This document shows positions 37,966-47,787 of a stretch of 64,000 nt of DNA, piece by piece. The stretch is from IMG/VR virus record IMGVR_UViG_3300031555_002574; one strand, 5' to 3'. The notes beneath the pieces were generated by a model. That model did not search any database. It was not told where the DNA came from and was given only the letters and a program-made list of their open reading frames with translations. The position numbers were made by a program, and so were the translations under genes. Source of the DNA: an uncultured virus (IMG/VR IMGVR_UViG_3300031555_002574) (lineage: Duplodnaviria > Heunggongvirae > Uroviricota > Caudoviricetes). The first letter of the stretch is position 1, and every line of letters starts with the position of its first letter.

Positions 37966-39900
37966 TTAAGCTATCATACCTGCTAATGCAGGATTTCCAA
38001 ATGTATCTAATGAGTCTAAAACATTACTTTCTTTAGTTAAGTTACATTCTGGTGTTACTGTTGTTTGTTTCTTATTAGCTGTACCAAATATTCCTGTTGA
38101 ATTTACTTGTTTTTTACTTTTCTTTTCTAATTCACTTCTATCACCTTTAAAATCTAATTCTTTTACTGTTAACCATACAGGTTTACCATGTTCATCAAAT
38201 AAGTCATAATCTTTTTGGAATGCTATTTGACTTCCTTCAACATATGGTATAAAACATCTTGCAGCATTATGTCTACCTGCTCTTGATTTTATAACTAAGG
38301 CTTCTAGATGTGTGAATTTTATTGCATCTGATAAAACGTCTCTTTCATATGTGTCTGATGTTTGTGCAAATACTAAAGCAAAGTCTGCACATTCAACAAC
38401 ACCTTTTGATTCAGAGAACACTGTCTCAGGACAGTCTTTTGGTATAACACTTGTTTCCATTTTACCTCTCGCTTTAAATACTTCATTACTCATTTCAACT
38501 TTAACTTGCGAAGCTGTTATAACTGCAACATCGCATTCTATCGCTAAAGCACGTAAGTCTGAAGTTATATTATCTATTCTTATTCTGTTTTCCACATGAT
38601 TTTCTACAGGTTTAAAACCTTTAAGATAATCGGCAATTACTGCTACAACTTGTAATTTCTCAGATTCTCTTAATATTTCTATATCTCTTATTATTTCATT
38701 TTTAGAATAAGAGTTATTTGGTACTTGTATAAATCTTATTTTAGTTGGTGTATGTCTAGATAATATTCTACTAGCTTCAACTAATTCATTTTCTATTTCT
38801 TCATTACTTAATCTCATCTTTTCTCTTGTTAATTCATCTTCCCATGTTATATCTGTTCCAGTTAACATTTTTATATATCTTCCTTTTATATCTTCAACAC
38901 CTGTTTCCGCAGATATATATAATATACAAGGTGTAAGATTTGGTTCATGTTTAACATCTGGATTATATAACGCCATATCTATTGCTGAACTTATCATCAT
39001 TGTAGTTTTACCATTTCCTGATGGAGCACCATAAACCATAAGTTGTTTAGACTCCAATCCTCCACCTGTTATCATATTTAACCAACGATGACCGAACTTA
39101 AATTTATTACAACCATTTAATTGTGTTGCTAAATTTCTTTGGTTCTCATCTCTACATTCTTCTTCGTTTAAGTTAGCTGTAAATCCTGTTTCTAATGCAC
39201 TTTTACCAGCTTTACTTCCTAAATTTAATCTATAAAATTTTTGTCTATTTCTTTCAAGTTTTTTCTTTAAGTTTAAATAATCTTCTTCAACGTCTTTACC
39301 TTCTCTTAATCCATCGATTACTGATTGTAAAGCTTCATAATCTTCACACTGTTCAAATAAGAACTTATTTTTAGATATTCTTGTTATCATGTAATTAAAT
39401 GCTGATTCTGATAAATATTTATACATATCTTCATCAGACATGTTACCAAGATATTCATCTATAGGTAATTCATTTTTAACATGTTTCATTAAATCTAAAT
39501 ATCCTATTTCTTTTTCTATCCCCGTATCACAATAATCTAAAAAAGCATAACCTCCAACGATACCTTTATTTCTAGCATCTATTGCAGTTTTACACCATTG
39601 AATCATGTCATATATTTTAACATCTTTTATATGTTTTAAGTTTAATTGATTAACAAATGTTTCTAACATCCCTGTTATATAACTACTTCTCTTAGGATAG
39701 TCTTCAAATAAAAAATATAAGACCATATCTTTTATTATAAATTCAGGTAAACCCTGTAATAATTGTTCTGTATCAGTTTTTTTCATATTATTATAATTTT
39801 CTAAAAATTTGTTTTTTCCACTAGTTTGTATTAAGCTATTTCCAGATATGTTTCCATCTCCATGGATTGTAACTGGAGCTTGTAAGTTATTATTTTCCAT
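37966..39900 (-). CDS. dnaB: DnaB-like replicative helicase
   Basis: GAPSGNGKT, YISAE, IADYL, LRALA, ITASQ, ADF, KSR. Confidence 0.85.
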   Translation of the reverse strand: MENNNLQAPVTIHGDGNISGNSLIQTSGKNKFLENYNNMKKTDTEQLLQGLPEFIIKDMVLYFLFEDYPKRSSYITGMLETFVNQLNLKHIKDVKIYDMIQWCKTAIDARNKGIVGGYAFLDYCDTGIEKEIGYLDLMKHVKNELPIDEYLGNMSDEDMYKYLSESAFNYMITRISKNKFLFEQCEDYEALQSVIDGLREGKDVEEDYLNLKKKLERNRQKFYRLNLGSKAGKSALETGFTANLNEEECRDENQRNLATQLNGCNKFKFGHRWLNMITGGGLESKQLMVYGAPSGNGKTTMMISSAIDMALYNPDVKHEPNLTPCILYISAETGVEDIKGRYIKMLTGTDITWEDELTREKMRLSNEEIENELVEASRILSRHTPTKIRFIQVPNNSYSKNEIIRDIEILRESEKLQVVAVIADYLKGFKPVENHVENRIRIDNITSDLRALAIECDVAVITASQVKVEMSNEVFKARGKMETSVIPKDCPETVFSESKGVVECADFALVFAQTSDTYERDVLSDAIKFTHLEALVIKSRAGRHNAARCFIPYVEGSQIAFQKDYDLFDEHGKPVWLTVKELDFKGDRSELEKKSKKQVNSTGIFGTANKKQTTVTPECNLTKESNVLDSLDTFGNPALAGMIA

Positions 39901-40051
39901 AAACACATTTCTCCCTTCCGAATTGAAAATTCAAATTTCTTTTTATAATATCAATTTGTTAATGACAAAATACAATTTTATTTACTCATTATAATAATGT
40001 TACGAAATAAAAAATCACTGATTGGAGAGCGTCTACCAGCCTCCAATCAAT

Positions 40052-41200
40052 TTATTTTACAGCATTACCTGAGATCAATGACCTGATCCTTTCTAAACTT
40101 ATTTCTTTTCCTGTTTTAAGTTTTATATATTCTTGTATCTTCTCATCGTAGCCTACAGACTTATCGAAGATAAAATTATACTTATCCATCAATAAATTTA
40201 CCTTTTCTCTAAGTTCTTTGTCTAATTTAACTTTACTGTTTTCTATTATTTGGATTTTTACGTTTTTCATATCGTTAAATACTACATTCATATTATCTAC
40301 AAATGCTGAAGAATTTAACATATCTTCAGGAGTATTTATTTTTATTCTAAGATAATCTTTCTTGTAGGTATTTACTAAATTTTTAAAATAGTTTATTTGT
40401 TCATTTAACATTAACGAAAATACATGATTATCTGGTTGAATCTCTATTGTATCATATTTCATAGTTAATTCATTTTCGATAAATTCAAATTCAGATTCTT
40501 TATTTTCTGTATCAAAATCAACTATATAAAACCCTTTAGCTTCTTCTTCACCAAATCTACTTCTAACTAAACTTCCTGTATATTGAATTCTATTTCTTAT
40601 TCTTTGAGCTGTGTGAATATGACCGAATACTATCGGTCCTTCGCATATCTTTTCCATTTCTTTAGAATTAAATACTGGATATTTCTTCATAGTTTGATAT
40701 TTATTTTTAGAAGAAAAATTAGTCTCTACGAACATTCCATGACCGAATACTAATTGGTATTTCTTATTAAAGTATTCTTTATAATATTCTTTAGAATCTT
40801 CCATATATTCTTCAGGAATATATAACACGTTCATTCCTGGAAATATTTCCTCTTCGTCAACTGTTAAATATAATTTATAATCACATTTACTACTATTAGC
40901 AATTTGTGCTAAATTCTTTAATTGATTTTCAGGATCATGCGAATTAGTCCCTTTAATCTGTCTAACTTTAATTCCTAATTCTTCACATAGTTTAATTAAA
41001 TCAGAAAATGCTTTTACCGAATACACTGCATGTGCACTTGACATTGATAACTTAGTATCGTAATAATCTCCTGCTATAACTACACAATCTATTGCATTTT
41101 CTTCTATCGTATTAAGTATTAATCGAAACTCTTTATATAATAATTCAGGAGGGTAATATCCAAAATGGATATCACCCACAACTAAAAATCTTTTTCTCAT
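40052..41200 (-). CDS. sbcD: SbcD/Mre11-like metallophosphoesterase nuclease
   Basis: GDIHFG, AGDYYD, GTNSHD, GHIH, YTGS. Confidence 0.85.
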   Translation of the reverse strand: MRKRFLVVGDIHFGYYPPELLYKEFRLILNTIEENAIDCVVIAGDYYDTKLSMSSAHAVYSVKAFSDLIKLCEELGIKVRQIKGTNSHDPENQLKNLAQIANSSKCDYKLYLTVDEEEIFPGMNVLYIPEEYMEDSKEYYKEYFNKKYQLVFGHGMFVETNFSSKNKYQTMKKYPVFNSKEMEKICEGPIVFGHIHTAQRIRNRIQYTGSLVRSRFGEEEAKGFYIVDFDTENKESEFEFIENELTMKYDTIEIQPDNHVFSLMLNEQINYFKNLVNTYKKDYLRIKINTPEDMLNSSAFVDNMNVVFNDMKNVKIQIIENSKVKLDKELREKVNLLMDKYNFIFDKSVGYDEKIQEYIKLKTGKEISLERIRSLISGNAVK

Positions 41201-41847
41201 TATAATAAATCACCCCACTCTTTATTTAATTCATAAACCATATAAAACGTATTAGTTAAATTATTAAATAAATCAATATATTCATCCATTTGTTCTATAC
41301 TTTTTAATTTTAAATTAACTTCTCCATCCCTTATTCTACATATCCCAACTTGGTCTACGAATATATCATGCTTTTCTAATAATTGAATATATGCACCTAA
41401 TTGTATAAAATGAGATGAATAAAACTTTTTAGAGGTTTTAAAATCTAAAATAGTTAGTTTACCGTCTAATTCACATAATAAATCTATTGTACCTCCGTAC
41501 AAATCTGTACTATATGATTTCTCTCCCCATATAGGTTTAAGTTCATGTTCTTTAAGGAAATCTTTAAAAGCATTTATATTTTCGTAAATGAAGTTTACTG
41601 TATCAGGATTACTAATATCAAATTCTTTACCTTCTTTAAATAAATATTCATGAAGGAGTTCATGTACAAATGTTCCCTTCTCTGCACTTTCTTCCAATAC
41701 CTTTGTATACGATTGTCTTTTCCAACCTAAACTATTAGCCCATAAAGGTATAAAAGGTTTATTTAAAACTTTCATTATAGTCGTAACTGAAGGTACTTCT
41801 ACCTTCTCATTATTTATATAAGTTGAATGATCTGAATATTTTCCCAT
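41200..41847 (-). CDS. PD-(D/E)XK exonuclease-like protein
   Basis: VPSVTTI, GTFVH, YGGTIDL, LDFKTS, QLGAY; the RBS favours the MGKYSDH start. Confidence 0.85.
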   Translation of the reverse strand: MGKYSDHSTYINNEKVEVPSVTTIMKVLNKPFIPLWANSLGWKRQSYTKVLEESAEKGTFVHELLHEYLFKEGKEFDISNPDTVNFIYENINAFKDFLKEHELKPIWGEKSYSTDLYGGTIDLLCELDGKLTILDFKTSKKFYSSHFIQLGAYIQLLEKHDIFVDQVGICRIRDGEVNLKLKSIEQMDEYIDLFNNLTNTFYMVYELNKEWGDLL

Positions 41848-41863
41848 ATAAATTATTCCTCCT

Positions 41864-42196
41864 TTATATTTGGTCTTCTTTGAATTGATAAAAACTTCCA
41901 TGTATCTGACAGAATTTTGTCATCATATCTCTAAAATACTTTTTACATAAATCATTATTTTCTTTCGTGTATACCATATTCATAGTTATCATTTGATAAC
42001 CTCTTACTATATTTACTATATCCGCTCTTAAATCCTGTTTTAATCTTTCAGGCAAATAAATTCTATTTAATATCTCATCTATATTATCCCCTTCTACTTT
42101 TATATAATAAGTTTGCTCTTCAGGTAATTCTTCTACATATAACATGTTAGTTTTTACTAAATTCTCAAATCTATATAACGTAAATGTTGTTTTCAT
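41864..42196 (-). CDS. hypothetical protein
   Basis: 110 aa ORF with AAGGAGG RBS and late-type promoter at 42224-42235. Confidence 0.6.
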   Translation of the reverse strand: MKTTFTLYRFENLVKTNMLYVEELPEEQTYYIKVEGDNIDEILNRIYLPERLKQDLRADIVNIVRGYQMITMNMVYTKENNDLCKKYFRDMMTKFCQIHGSFYQFKEDQI

Positions 42197-42305
42197 AATA
42201 TTTCCTCCTTAACATAATCAAATTATGTTAATGTTATATGAAGTATAATATTTTATTTTAAAAGAGTATTGTTTATTTATTAAAATTTTATAAAAACATG
42301 CTTAT

Positions 42306-42536
42306 AAAATTTAATACATACAACAACTTATTAATGAAAAACATTAATTTTGGTTGAAGCGACTCCCCTAAAGGAGGAGCGGATAATAAGTTGTTAAAAT
42401 CGAAATATGGAAAGGAAGATACGTTCATTTTCATGAACAATAAAAAACCTTTTCTTTGTTATTGTTGACATTTGTTGATCATTATATATCACTGAATATA
42501 GATAGTTGGTTAAATACCAACTATCTATATTTTTTC
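42306..42536 (+). ncRNA. candidate ~230 nt non-coding RNA
   Basis: AACA-N6-TA at 42295-42306, nested stems, strong terminator at 42496-42536; the next gene has its own promoter. Confidence 0.45.
42496..42536 (+). terminator. intrinsic terminator
   Basis: AATATAGATAGTTGGT-TAAAT-ACCAACTATCTATATT followed by a T-run. Confidence 0.75.
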
Positions 42537-42597
42537 TGTATTTGAACAATTTAGTAAGAGAAATAGATAAATATATGATAAAGGAGTTGAATAAGAT

Positions 42598-43536
42598 ATG
42601 GCAGGATATAAACCAATTACTAGTACATTCTTATTTCAAAATTTAGGAGGAAGTCAATTAACTGGTAAAATAAATGAAGCAGCTACAAAAGGAAAAAGAT
42701 ATGGAGAGCAAGATTTATTAGAACAATTTGTTTATATAAAAAATTACGAAAAATCTTTATTAAAACAAAGAGTAATGACTGAATTCAAAGAAGGTAAAAT
42801 AGAATTAATTTATGCAGAAGATGTTCAAGTATCTAAATTAATGCCTTTTATATTAGTACCTTCACAAATGGGTCATAAAGCTATAATATTCTTAAATCCT
42901 TTCTGTGGAATGAGATCGGATGGATTATTAAATATAAGAGGTAACCTATTATATACATTAATGGAAAGTGCTTATTTAGCTAAAAACTTTGTAGATAATT
43001 ATAATGCTATTAAAAATGATACATTAATGAGACAACAAGGAGCTTTAATGTATGCTAATGTGTTTATAAAACCTATAAATAAAATGTTCAATACTAATCT
43101 AGATAGTACTAGGGAAGGAAAAGTATTATTCTTAGCTTCTAAGTTTTATTTAAAAAATGTATTAGGTGTAGATAACGAAGAATATATATTCAGTGTTGGA
43201 AGTAAAATAGCAAATAGAGTTTCACCTTATACATTAAAAGAAGTTGATAGTTTAGTAGATGAAGAAGCTTATGAAAATTTAGCAACATTCATTCAAGCTT
43301 TAGGTGATGAAAGATTACAATTAGGATTTGAAGGTAAATTGCAGGTAAGAACATATTTATATAACTATATAACTATGTTTGGAGAAGCTGCACCATTCTG
43401 TCTAGAATCTATGATATATTTTATATTCATGGTTAATACTGTAAGAAGAGGTGGAGAAAAAACATTTAATCAAATGCAATTAGAACCAATAGTAGAAAAA
43501 TCTGGAGAAAAAATGCTAAGGAATTTATATAGATAA
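42598..43536 (+). CDS. hypothetical protein (late-type promoter; possibly structural)
   Basis: 312 aa ORF with AAGGAG RBS and AACA-N6-TA at 42545-42556. Confidence 0.65.
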   Translation: MAGYKPITSTFLFQNLGGSQLTGKINEAATKGKRYGEQDLLEQFVYIKNYEKSLLKQRVMTEFKEGKIELIYAEDVQVSKLMPFILVPSQMGHKAIIFLNPFCGMRSDGLLNIRGNLLYTLMESAYLAKNFVDNYNAIKNDTLMRQQGALMYANVFIKPINKMFNTNLDSTREGKVLFLASKFYLKNVLGVDNEEYIFSVGSKIANRVSPYTLKEVDSLVDEEAYENLATFIQALGDERLQLGFEGKLQVRTYLYNYITMFGEAAPFCLESMIYFIFMVNTVRRGGEKTFNQMQLEPIVEKSGEKMLRNLYR

Positions 43537-43571
43537 TAAAAAAAATAGAATACCCTTAAGGGTATTCTATT

Positions 43572-44024
43572 TTATCTTAAACCATATTCATTTATTAGAG
43601 ATATGGCTTCTTCTTCACTTATATTGAAGAAGCTTACTGTGAATTTTATTTTTTCTTTCATTGTATTAAAATCTTTTATTATCTTAGTTACATCTTCAGT
43701 TAATTCTATTCTCGCATCATGCATTGATTTTTTATATTGGTCTATGTTGTATTTCATATAATCAACTTCATCTTTTAAATATGTTTTTCTTCCATGATCA
43801 CTTTTACTATATTCTATTATTGATTGTGTACTACTTTTAAATTCTTTTGCACGATATTCTGTTTCTATAACTGCATGTTCTACTGTACTTCTTATATCTT
43901 CTACCTTATCAAGCATTTTATCTGTTGTGTCTATTAATACATCTGTTGCTTTATCTACTGTGTCTATACCTGCTATTGCAACATCTAATATACCCTCTAC
44001 TATTTTTCCTAATAATCCAAACAT
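43572..44024 (-). CDS. hypothetical coiled-coil protein
   Basis: 150 aa ORF with GGAGG RBS. Confidence 0.6.
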   Translation of the reverse strand: MFGLLGKIVEGILDVAIAGIDTVDKATDVLIDTTDKMLDKVEDIRSTVEHAVIETEYRAKEFKSSTQSIIEYSKSDHGRKTYLKDEVDYMKYNIDQYKKSMHDARIELTEDVTKIIKDFNTMKEKIKFTVSFFNISEEEAISLINEYGLR

Positions 44025-44067
44025 ATCACTACCTCCTATAATATTATATTTTTATTTTTTTGTATAT

Positions 44068-44472
44068 TTATAATAAACATTCTATGCCAAATGCGTCTAT
44101 AAATTGTACTGCCCAATTATCAGCATAACGTTCAGCTGATATTAATCTATATCTTAAATAGTCTCTATTATCTATAGTTTCTACTTCATCCATGTATGCA
44201 TTGTAATCAACATATTGTCTTGTTTCATGATGACCTATTTCATGTAATACGTAGAATATTTTTAATTCTTCTTTAGTCAATTCTAAGTCGAACCATTCTT
44301 TTAAATAATCTATCATGAAGTTATCAAACTCTTCATCTTCTTCTTCTACTTCAGGAACATACAATTTACTATCATTTATATTATATGCTAAACATTCAAA
44401 ATTCTCTACTATTTCTATCGCTTCAAAATCTTCTACCATTTCACATACATAATTCATTATATTTTTATACAT
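44068..44472 (-). CDS. HEXXH zinc metallopeptidase-like protein
   Basis: LHEIGHH and ERYADNWA; the RBS favours the MYKNIM start. Confidence 0.75.
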   Translation of the reverse strand: MYKNIMNYVCEMVEDFEAIEIVENFECLAYNINDSKLYVPEVEEEDEEFDNFMIDYLKEWFDLELTKEELKIFYVLHEIGHHETRQYVDYNAYMDEVETIDNRDYLRYRLISAERYADNWAVQFIDAFGIECLL

Positions 44473-44491
44473 AATATTACCTCCGTATTTA

Positions 44492-44734
44492 TTATAATCT
44501 ACTTTGTATACCAAATATTATTTTAAATTTTCTTTTATCTTTTTTCTTGATTTTAAATCCTTCTTTAGTATCGAATATAAATACTCTTTTTCCACCTAAC
44601 CATAATCTTATATAAAAGCTTTCAAAATATAATCCTCCAACTAATCCTTTTACTTCAAATTCATAATCATCTGTTAATTCTATTTCTGTTCTAACTAACC
44701 AAGTGTTTCCTATACCTATTTCAAAATATTTCAT
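44492..44734 (-). CDS. DUF3977-like small protein
   Basis: MKYFEIGIGNTWLVRTEIE...FYIRLWLG...GFKIKKK pattern. Confidence 0.65.
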   Translation of the reverse strand: MKYFEIGIGNTWLVRTEIELTDDYEFEVKGLVGGLYFESFYIRLWLGGKRVFIFDTKEGFKIKKKDKRKFKIIFGIQSRL

Positions 44735-44751
44735 AATACATTCTCCTAAAT

Positions 44752-45264
44752 TTATTTATTCATTAAATTTTCTATTCTTCTATCTATTTCTTTAAATGAA
44801 TCCATATGTTTACATATACCAAAATTCATAGTCTTTATTATTTCTTTCATTTCTTCTAATGCTTTTATAGCTATTTCTTTACCAACTATTTTCATAGCAA
44901 ATTCATCAGCTTCAAATTCCATTGTATCATTTCTTACTAATTTTACTTCTTTTCCTGATAATAAATCTTGATGTAAATTGAAATGACCTAATTCATGATT
45001 TATAAAGAATGCTTGAGATTCTGTTGATACTTCATTAAATAAACCATCTATAGTTATAAATGGAACTTTTCTATCTCCGAATGATAATATTTGACAACAA
45101 CAGAAACTAGCTTTAAGTTTTATTATGAAATTTGTATTTTGTCTTATTATATAACCTTCTTCATTTATATCTTCTAGATAATAGAATAATCTATTATCAT
45201 CGTTTAATATACTTTTAAAATATCTAACGTTTAATTTTATACCTTCAATTATTCTATTTAACAT
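44752..45264 (-). CDS. HEXXH zinc metallopeptidase-like protein (M48/ImmA-like)
   Basis: INHELGH and EFEADEFA. Confidence 0.75.
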   Translation of the reverse strand: MLNRIIEGIKLNVRYFKSILNDDNRLFYYLEDINEEGYIIRQNTNFIIKLKASFCCCQILSFGDRKVPFITIDGLFNEVSTESQAFFINHELGHFNLHQDLLSGKEVKLVRNDTMEFEADEFAMKIVGKEIAIKALEEMKEIIKTMNFGICKHMDSFKEIDRRIENLMNK

Positions 45265-45280
45265 AACATTATCCTCCTAA

Positions 45281-45703
45281 TTATTTACCAAATATTTTTA
45301 TTATTAATCTTCTAGTTATAAGTTCTTTAGGTTTATGGAACATAGAAATTGTTCTAGTTATTCCTTTTATTGCATTAGCTTTACCTAATCTTTTTACTGC
45401 ATATAAGTCAGCTTGTATTTCTTCTTTTACAACTAATCCTAATTTACTATATATTTTTCTTTTAATATGATAAATATTATTTTTTCTTGTACTGCCATTA
45501 TTATGGTTATAATATATATGTCCTAATTCATGATATAATATCCATTGTTGTGTGTTATAATCAAGTTGCATAAAATCATTATTTACTCTTATTGAATTCA
45601 TATCGTTTACTCTACATAAGCATTTATCATATTTTAATATAGTAACTTCATAACCTTCAAATTCAAAATGATCTAAATTGTACTTATTATATATTTTAAA
45701 CAT
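45281..45703 (-). CDS. HEXXH zinc metallopeptidase-like protein
   Basis: LYHELGH and EIQADLYA. Confidence 0.75.
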   Translation of the reverse strand: MFKIYNKYNLDHFEFEGYEVTILKYDKCLCRVNDMNSIRVNNDFMQLDYNTQQWILYHELGHIYYNHNNGSTRKNNIYHIKRKIYSKLGLVVKEEIQADLYAVKRLGKANAIKGITRTISMFHKPKELITRRLIIKIFGK

Positions 45704-45754
45704 AGTATTACCTCCATATATATTTATTTAGGAACATATAAATGGTAACTTGAA

Positions 45755-46243
45755 TTAACAAGTTACCATTGATTTATTCATTAAGTTTTCTATTCTTCTA
45801 TTTATTTCTTCTACTGTCGCTTCATCATAATCTAATAATTCTTTTATTGAATTTAATCCTTCTAAAGCAACTTCTAATCCTACTTGTCTCATCGCATATT
45901 CATCAGCTTCAAATTCATCTTCTATAGTTCTTTTATAATTACCTTGTTTAAATTTTTCTATTTGACATACTATATGTCCTAGTTCATGAGCTATTATAAA
46001 TCTTTTAGATGTTTTACTCATATCCAAGTAATTATAATCTACTAATATTGATGGTATTTGTTTTTCACCAAAGTCTAATATTCCACCTGCTGCTATCGAA
46101 CATCCAGTCATTGCTACTGTAATACTATCTATTGTTAATATCATACCGTATTCGTTTTCATTTTCCATTATGGCGTTATCATTTATGTCTTTATAATATC
46201 TTTCTTCTAAACTATTCATTAAATTCATTATATTATTATACAT
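45755..46243 (-). CDS. HEXXH zinc metallopeptidase-like protein
   Basis: IAHELGH and EFEADEYA. Confidence 0.75.
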   Translation of the reverse strand: MYNNIMNLMNSLEERYYKDINDNAIMENENEYGMILTIDSITVAMTGCSIAAGGILDFGEKQIPSILVDYNYLDMSKTSKRFIIAHELGHIVCQIEKFKQGNYKRTIEDEFEADEYAMRQVGLEVALEGLNSIKELLDYDEATVEEINRRIENLMNKSMVTC

Positions 46244-46285
46244 AAAACTACCTCCATATTATTATATTATTTTCTATATTCATTT

Positions 46286-46318
46286 TTATAATATGGTATC
46301 GAAATTCTGAAAATTACG
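46286..46318 (-). promoter_or_regulatory. early-type promoter, near copy of 30902-30934
   Basis: CGTAATTTTCAGAATTTCGATACCATATTATAA on the minus strand. Confidence 0.7.
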
Positions 46319-46357
46319 GATCATATAAAGAAGATATATCCCGAAGGATATATCTTC

Positions 46358-46774
46358 TTATTTTTTATCATCTGGAGGTTTATCTTTTTTCTCAATAGAT
46401 TCTGTTAAAGTAGATTTATCTTTAATATCAACTTTTTCTCCACGTTTAATCTGCTGATATGTTTGATAAAATTTAAATAAACCATCGATATTAGACAGCT
46501 TTTCAAATAGTTCAAAACTAAGTAAACCGATAAAAAAAGCAATCACCACTATTTCTTTTAATCCCATATATTTAAGGAGCCAATTTTCCAATCCAACCAT
46601 TATAAAAGCACTAAATGCAGAACCTATTAGAATTCTATATAATCTAAATGACGTGTCAATACCTCTAATACTATTATACATATCTTTAACAAATGAACCG
46701 GCTAATGTGATTAAAAAATACAGAGATAATGGTATAGCTACAGATAAGAATACATCGATATTCATCCCTTGCAT
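46358..46774 (-). CDS. small three-TM membrane protein (holin-like)
   Basis: Three hydrophobic segments and a charged C-tail. Confidence 0.5.
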   Translation of the reverse strand: MQGMNIDVFLSVAIPLSLYFLITLAGSFVKDMYNSIRGIDTSFRLYRILIGSAFSAFIMVGLENWLLKYMGLKEIVVIAFFIGLLSFELFEKLSNIDGLFKFYQTYQQIKRGEKVDIKDKSTLTESIEKKDKPPDDKK

Positions 46775-46791
46775 ATACTAACACCTATTTT

Positions 46792-47787
46792 CTAATTAGG
46801 TTTATTATGTTTATTTTGTTCTATTTGAATAATATCATCATCTAAGCATTTAATCACTATCATTATAATTATTATCGTCACTGTAATTAAAAATATATTA
46901 ATTAATCCATTTCCAAATTCAGTAGAATTCCTATATTGAATTATTTTCGTAGTAACTGATTGGTCACATTGCGTTAATAAATCTTCATAATTTGATAAGA
47001 ATGTGCCGATAGATACAGACTTGAATATGTAAATTTTATTTACATCCGGATTCTTTGATAAAAAGTCATTATCCCTTTCTCCAAATATATCTCCATTATC
47101 AGTTATAACAGCTGAAGTAACTATCATGTATTTATCCATATTCTTCATACCGTTATTATGATATTCCTGAACAATATCTTCTATGGTATAATACGTACCA
47201 TCAGGATAATAATTATCAGTTCTTATTATAACGTAATCTGTTCTATTTAATATTATATCTTCGTATGCTTTCTTCATTACACCGGAGGGGTCTATTTGAT
47301 CATAATATTCAACCCAAGTCATATATTTATCATCTGATTCTATGTATTTATAAATATCTAGATCGATATTTGATTTACTATAGAAAACATAATTTTTTGT
47401 ACCTACTGTTAATATAATATTATCAGATTTACCAGATAAATCAAATACTTCATCTAAAATTTCTATAAAATTATCTCCTAAATTCATACCAACTATGTTA
47501 TTATATATTTCATCCATAGACATAGATTCTATCATTATTCTATGTAATGTAATGGAATCGTTTTTGGTATTTTTTTCAGTCATTTCATAAGCTTCTGTTA
47601 ATATAGCTCTTAATATATTATGAATACTGTCATCTGTGTTTTTTTCTATGATTGCTATTTCTTGTTTATAACTTTTATACGTTTTATATAAATTATATCC
47701 TCTGAATCCACCAGCAATGAATAATATTAAACAAGCCATCATAAGCATATATTTTATAAATACGTTTTTTGTGAATAACGTTTTCAT
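46792..47787 (-). CDS. membrane protein with N- and C-terminal TM helices
   Basis: 331 aa; hydrophobic termini flank a soluble domain. Confidence 0.6.
   Translation of the reverse strand: MKTLFTKNVFIKYMLMMACLILFIAGGFRGYNLYKTYKSYKQEIAIIEKNTDDSIHNILRAILTEAYEMTEKNTKNDSITLHRIMIESMSMDEIYNNIVGMNLGDNFIEILDEVFDLSGKSDNIILTVGTKNYVFYSKSNIDLDIYKYIESDDKYMTWVEYYDQIDPSGVMKKAYEDIILNRTDYVIIRTDNYYPDGTYYTIEDIVQEYHNNGMKNMDKYMIVTSAVITDNGDIFGERDNDFLSKNPDVNKIYIFKSVSIGTFLSNYEDLLTQCDQSVTTKIIQYRNSTEFGNGLINIFLITVTIIIIMIVIKCLDDDIIQIEQNKHNKPN

Noticed and set aside
1148..39900. Introns or inteins in RNAP, gyrase, helicase or recombinase genes (common in AR9-like phages)
   Set aside because: The ORFs are continuous, of expected length, and show no intein or homing endonuclease motifs
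41200..41847. Cas4 / CRISPR-associated nuclease
   Set aside because: It lacks the four-cysteine Fe-S pattern and there is no array or cas gene nearby; the context is recombination (sbcD, dnaB)
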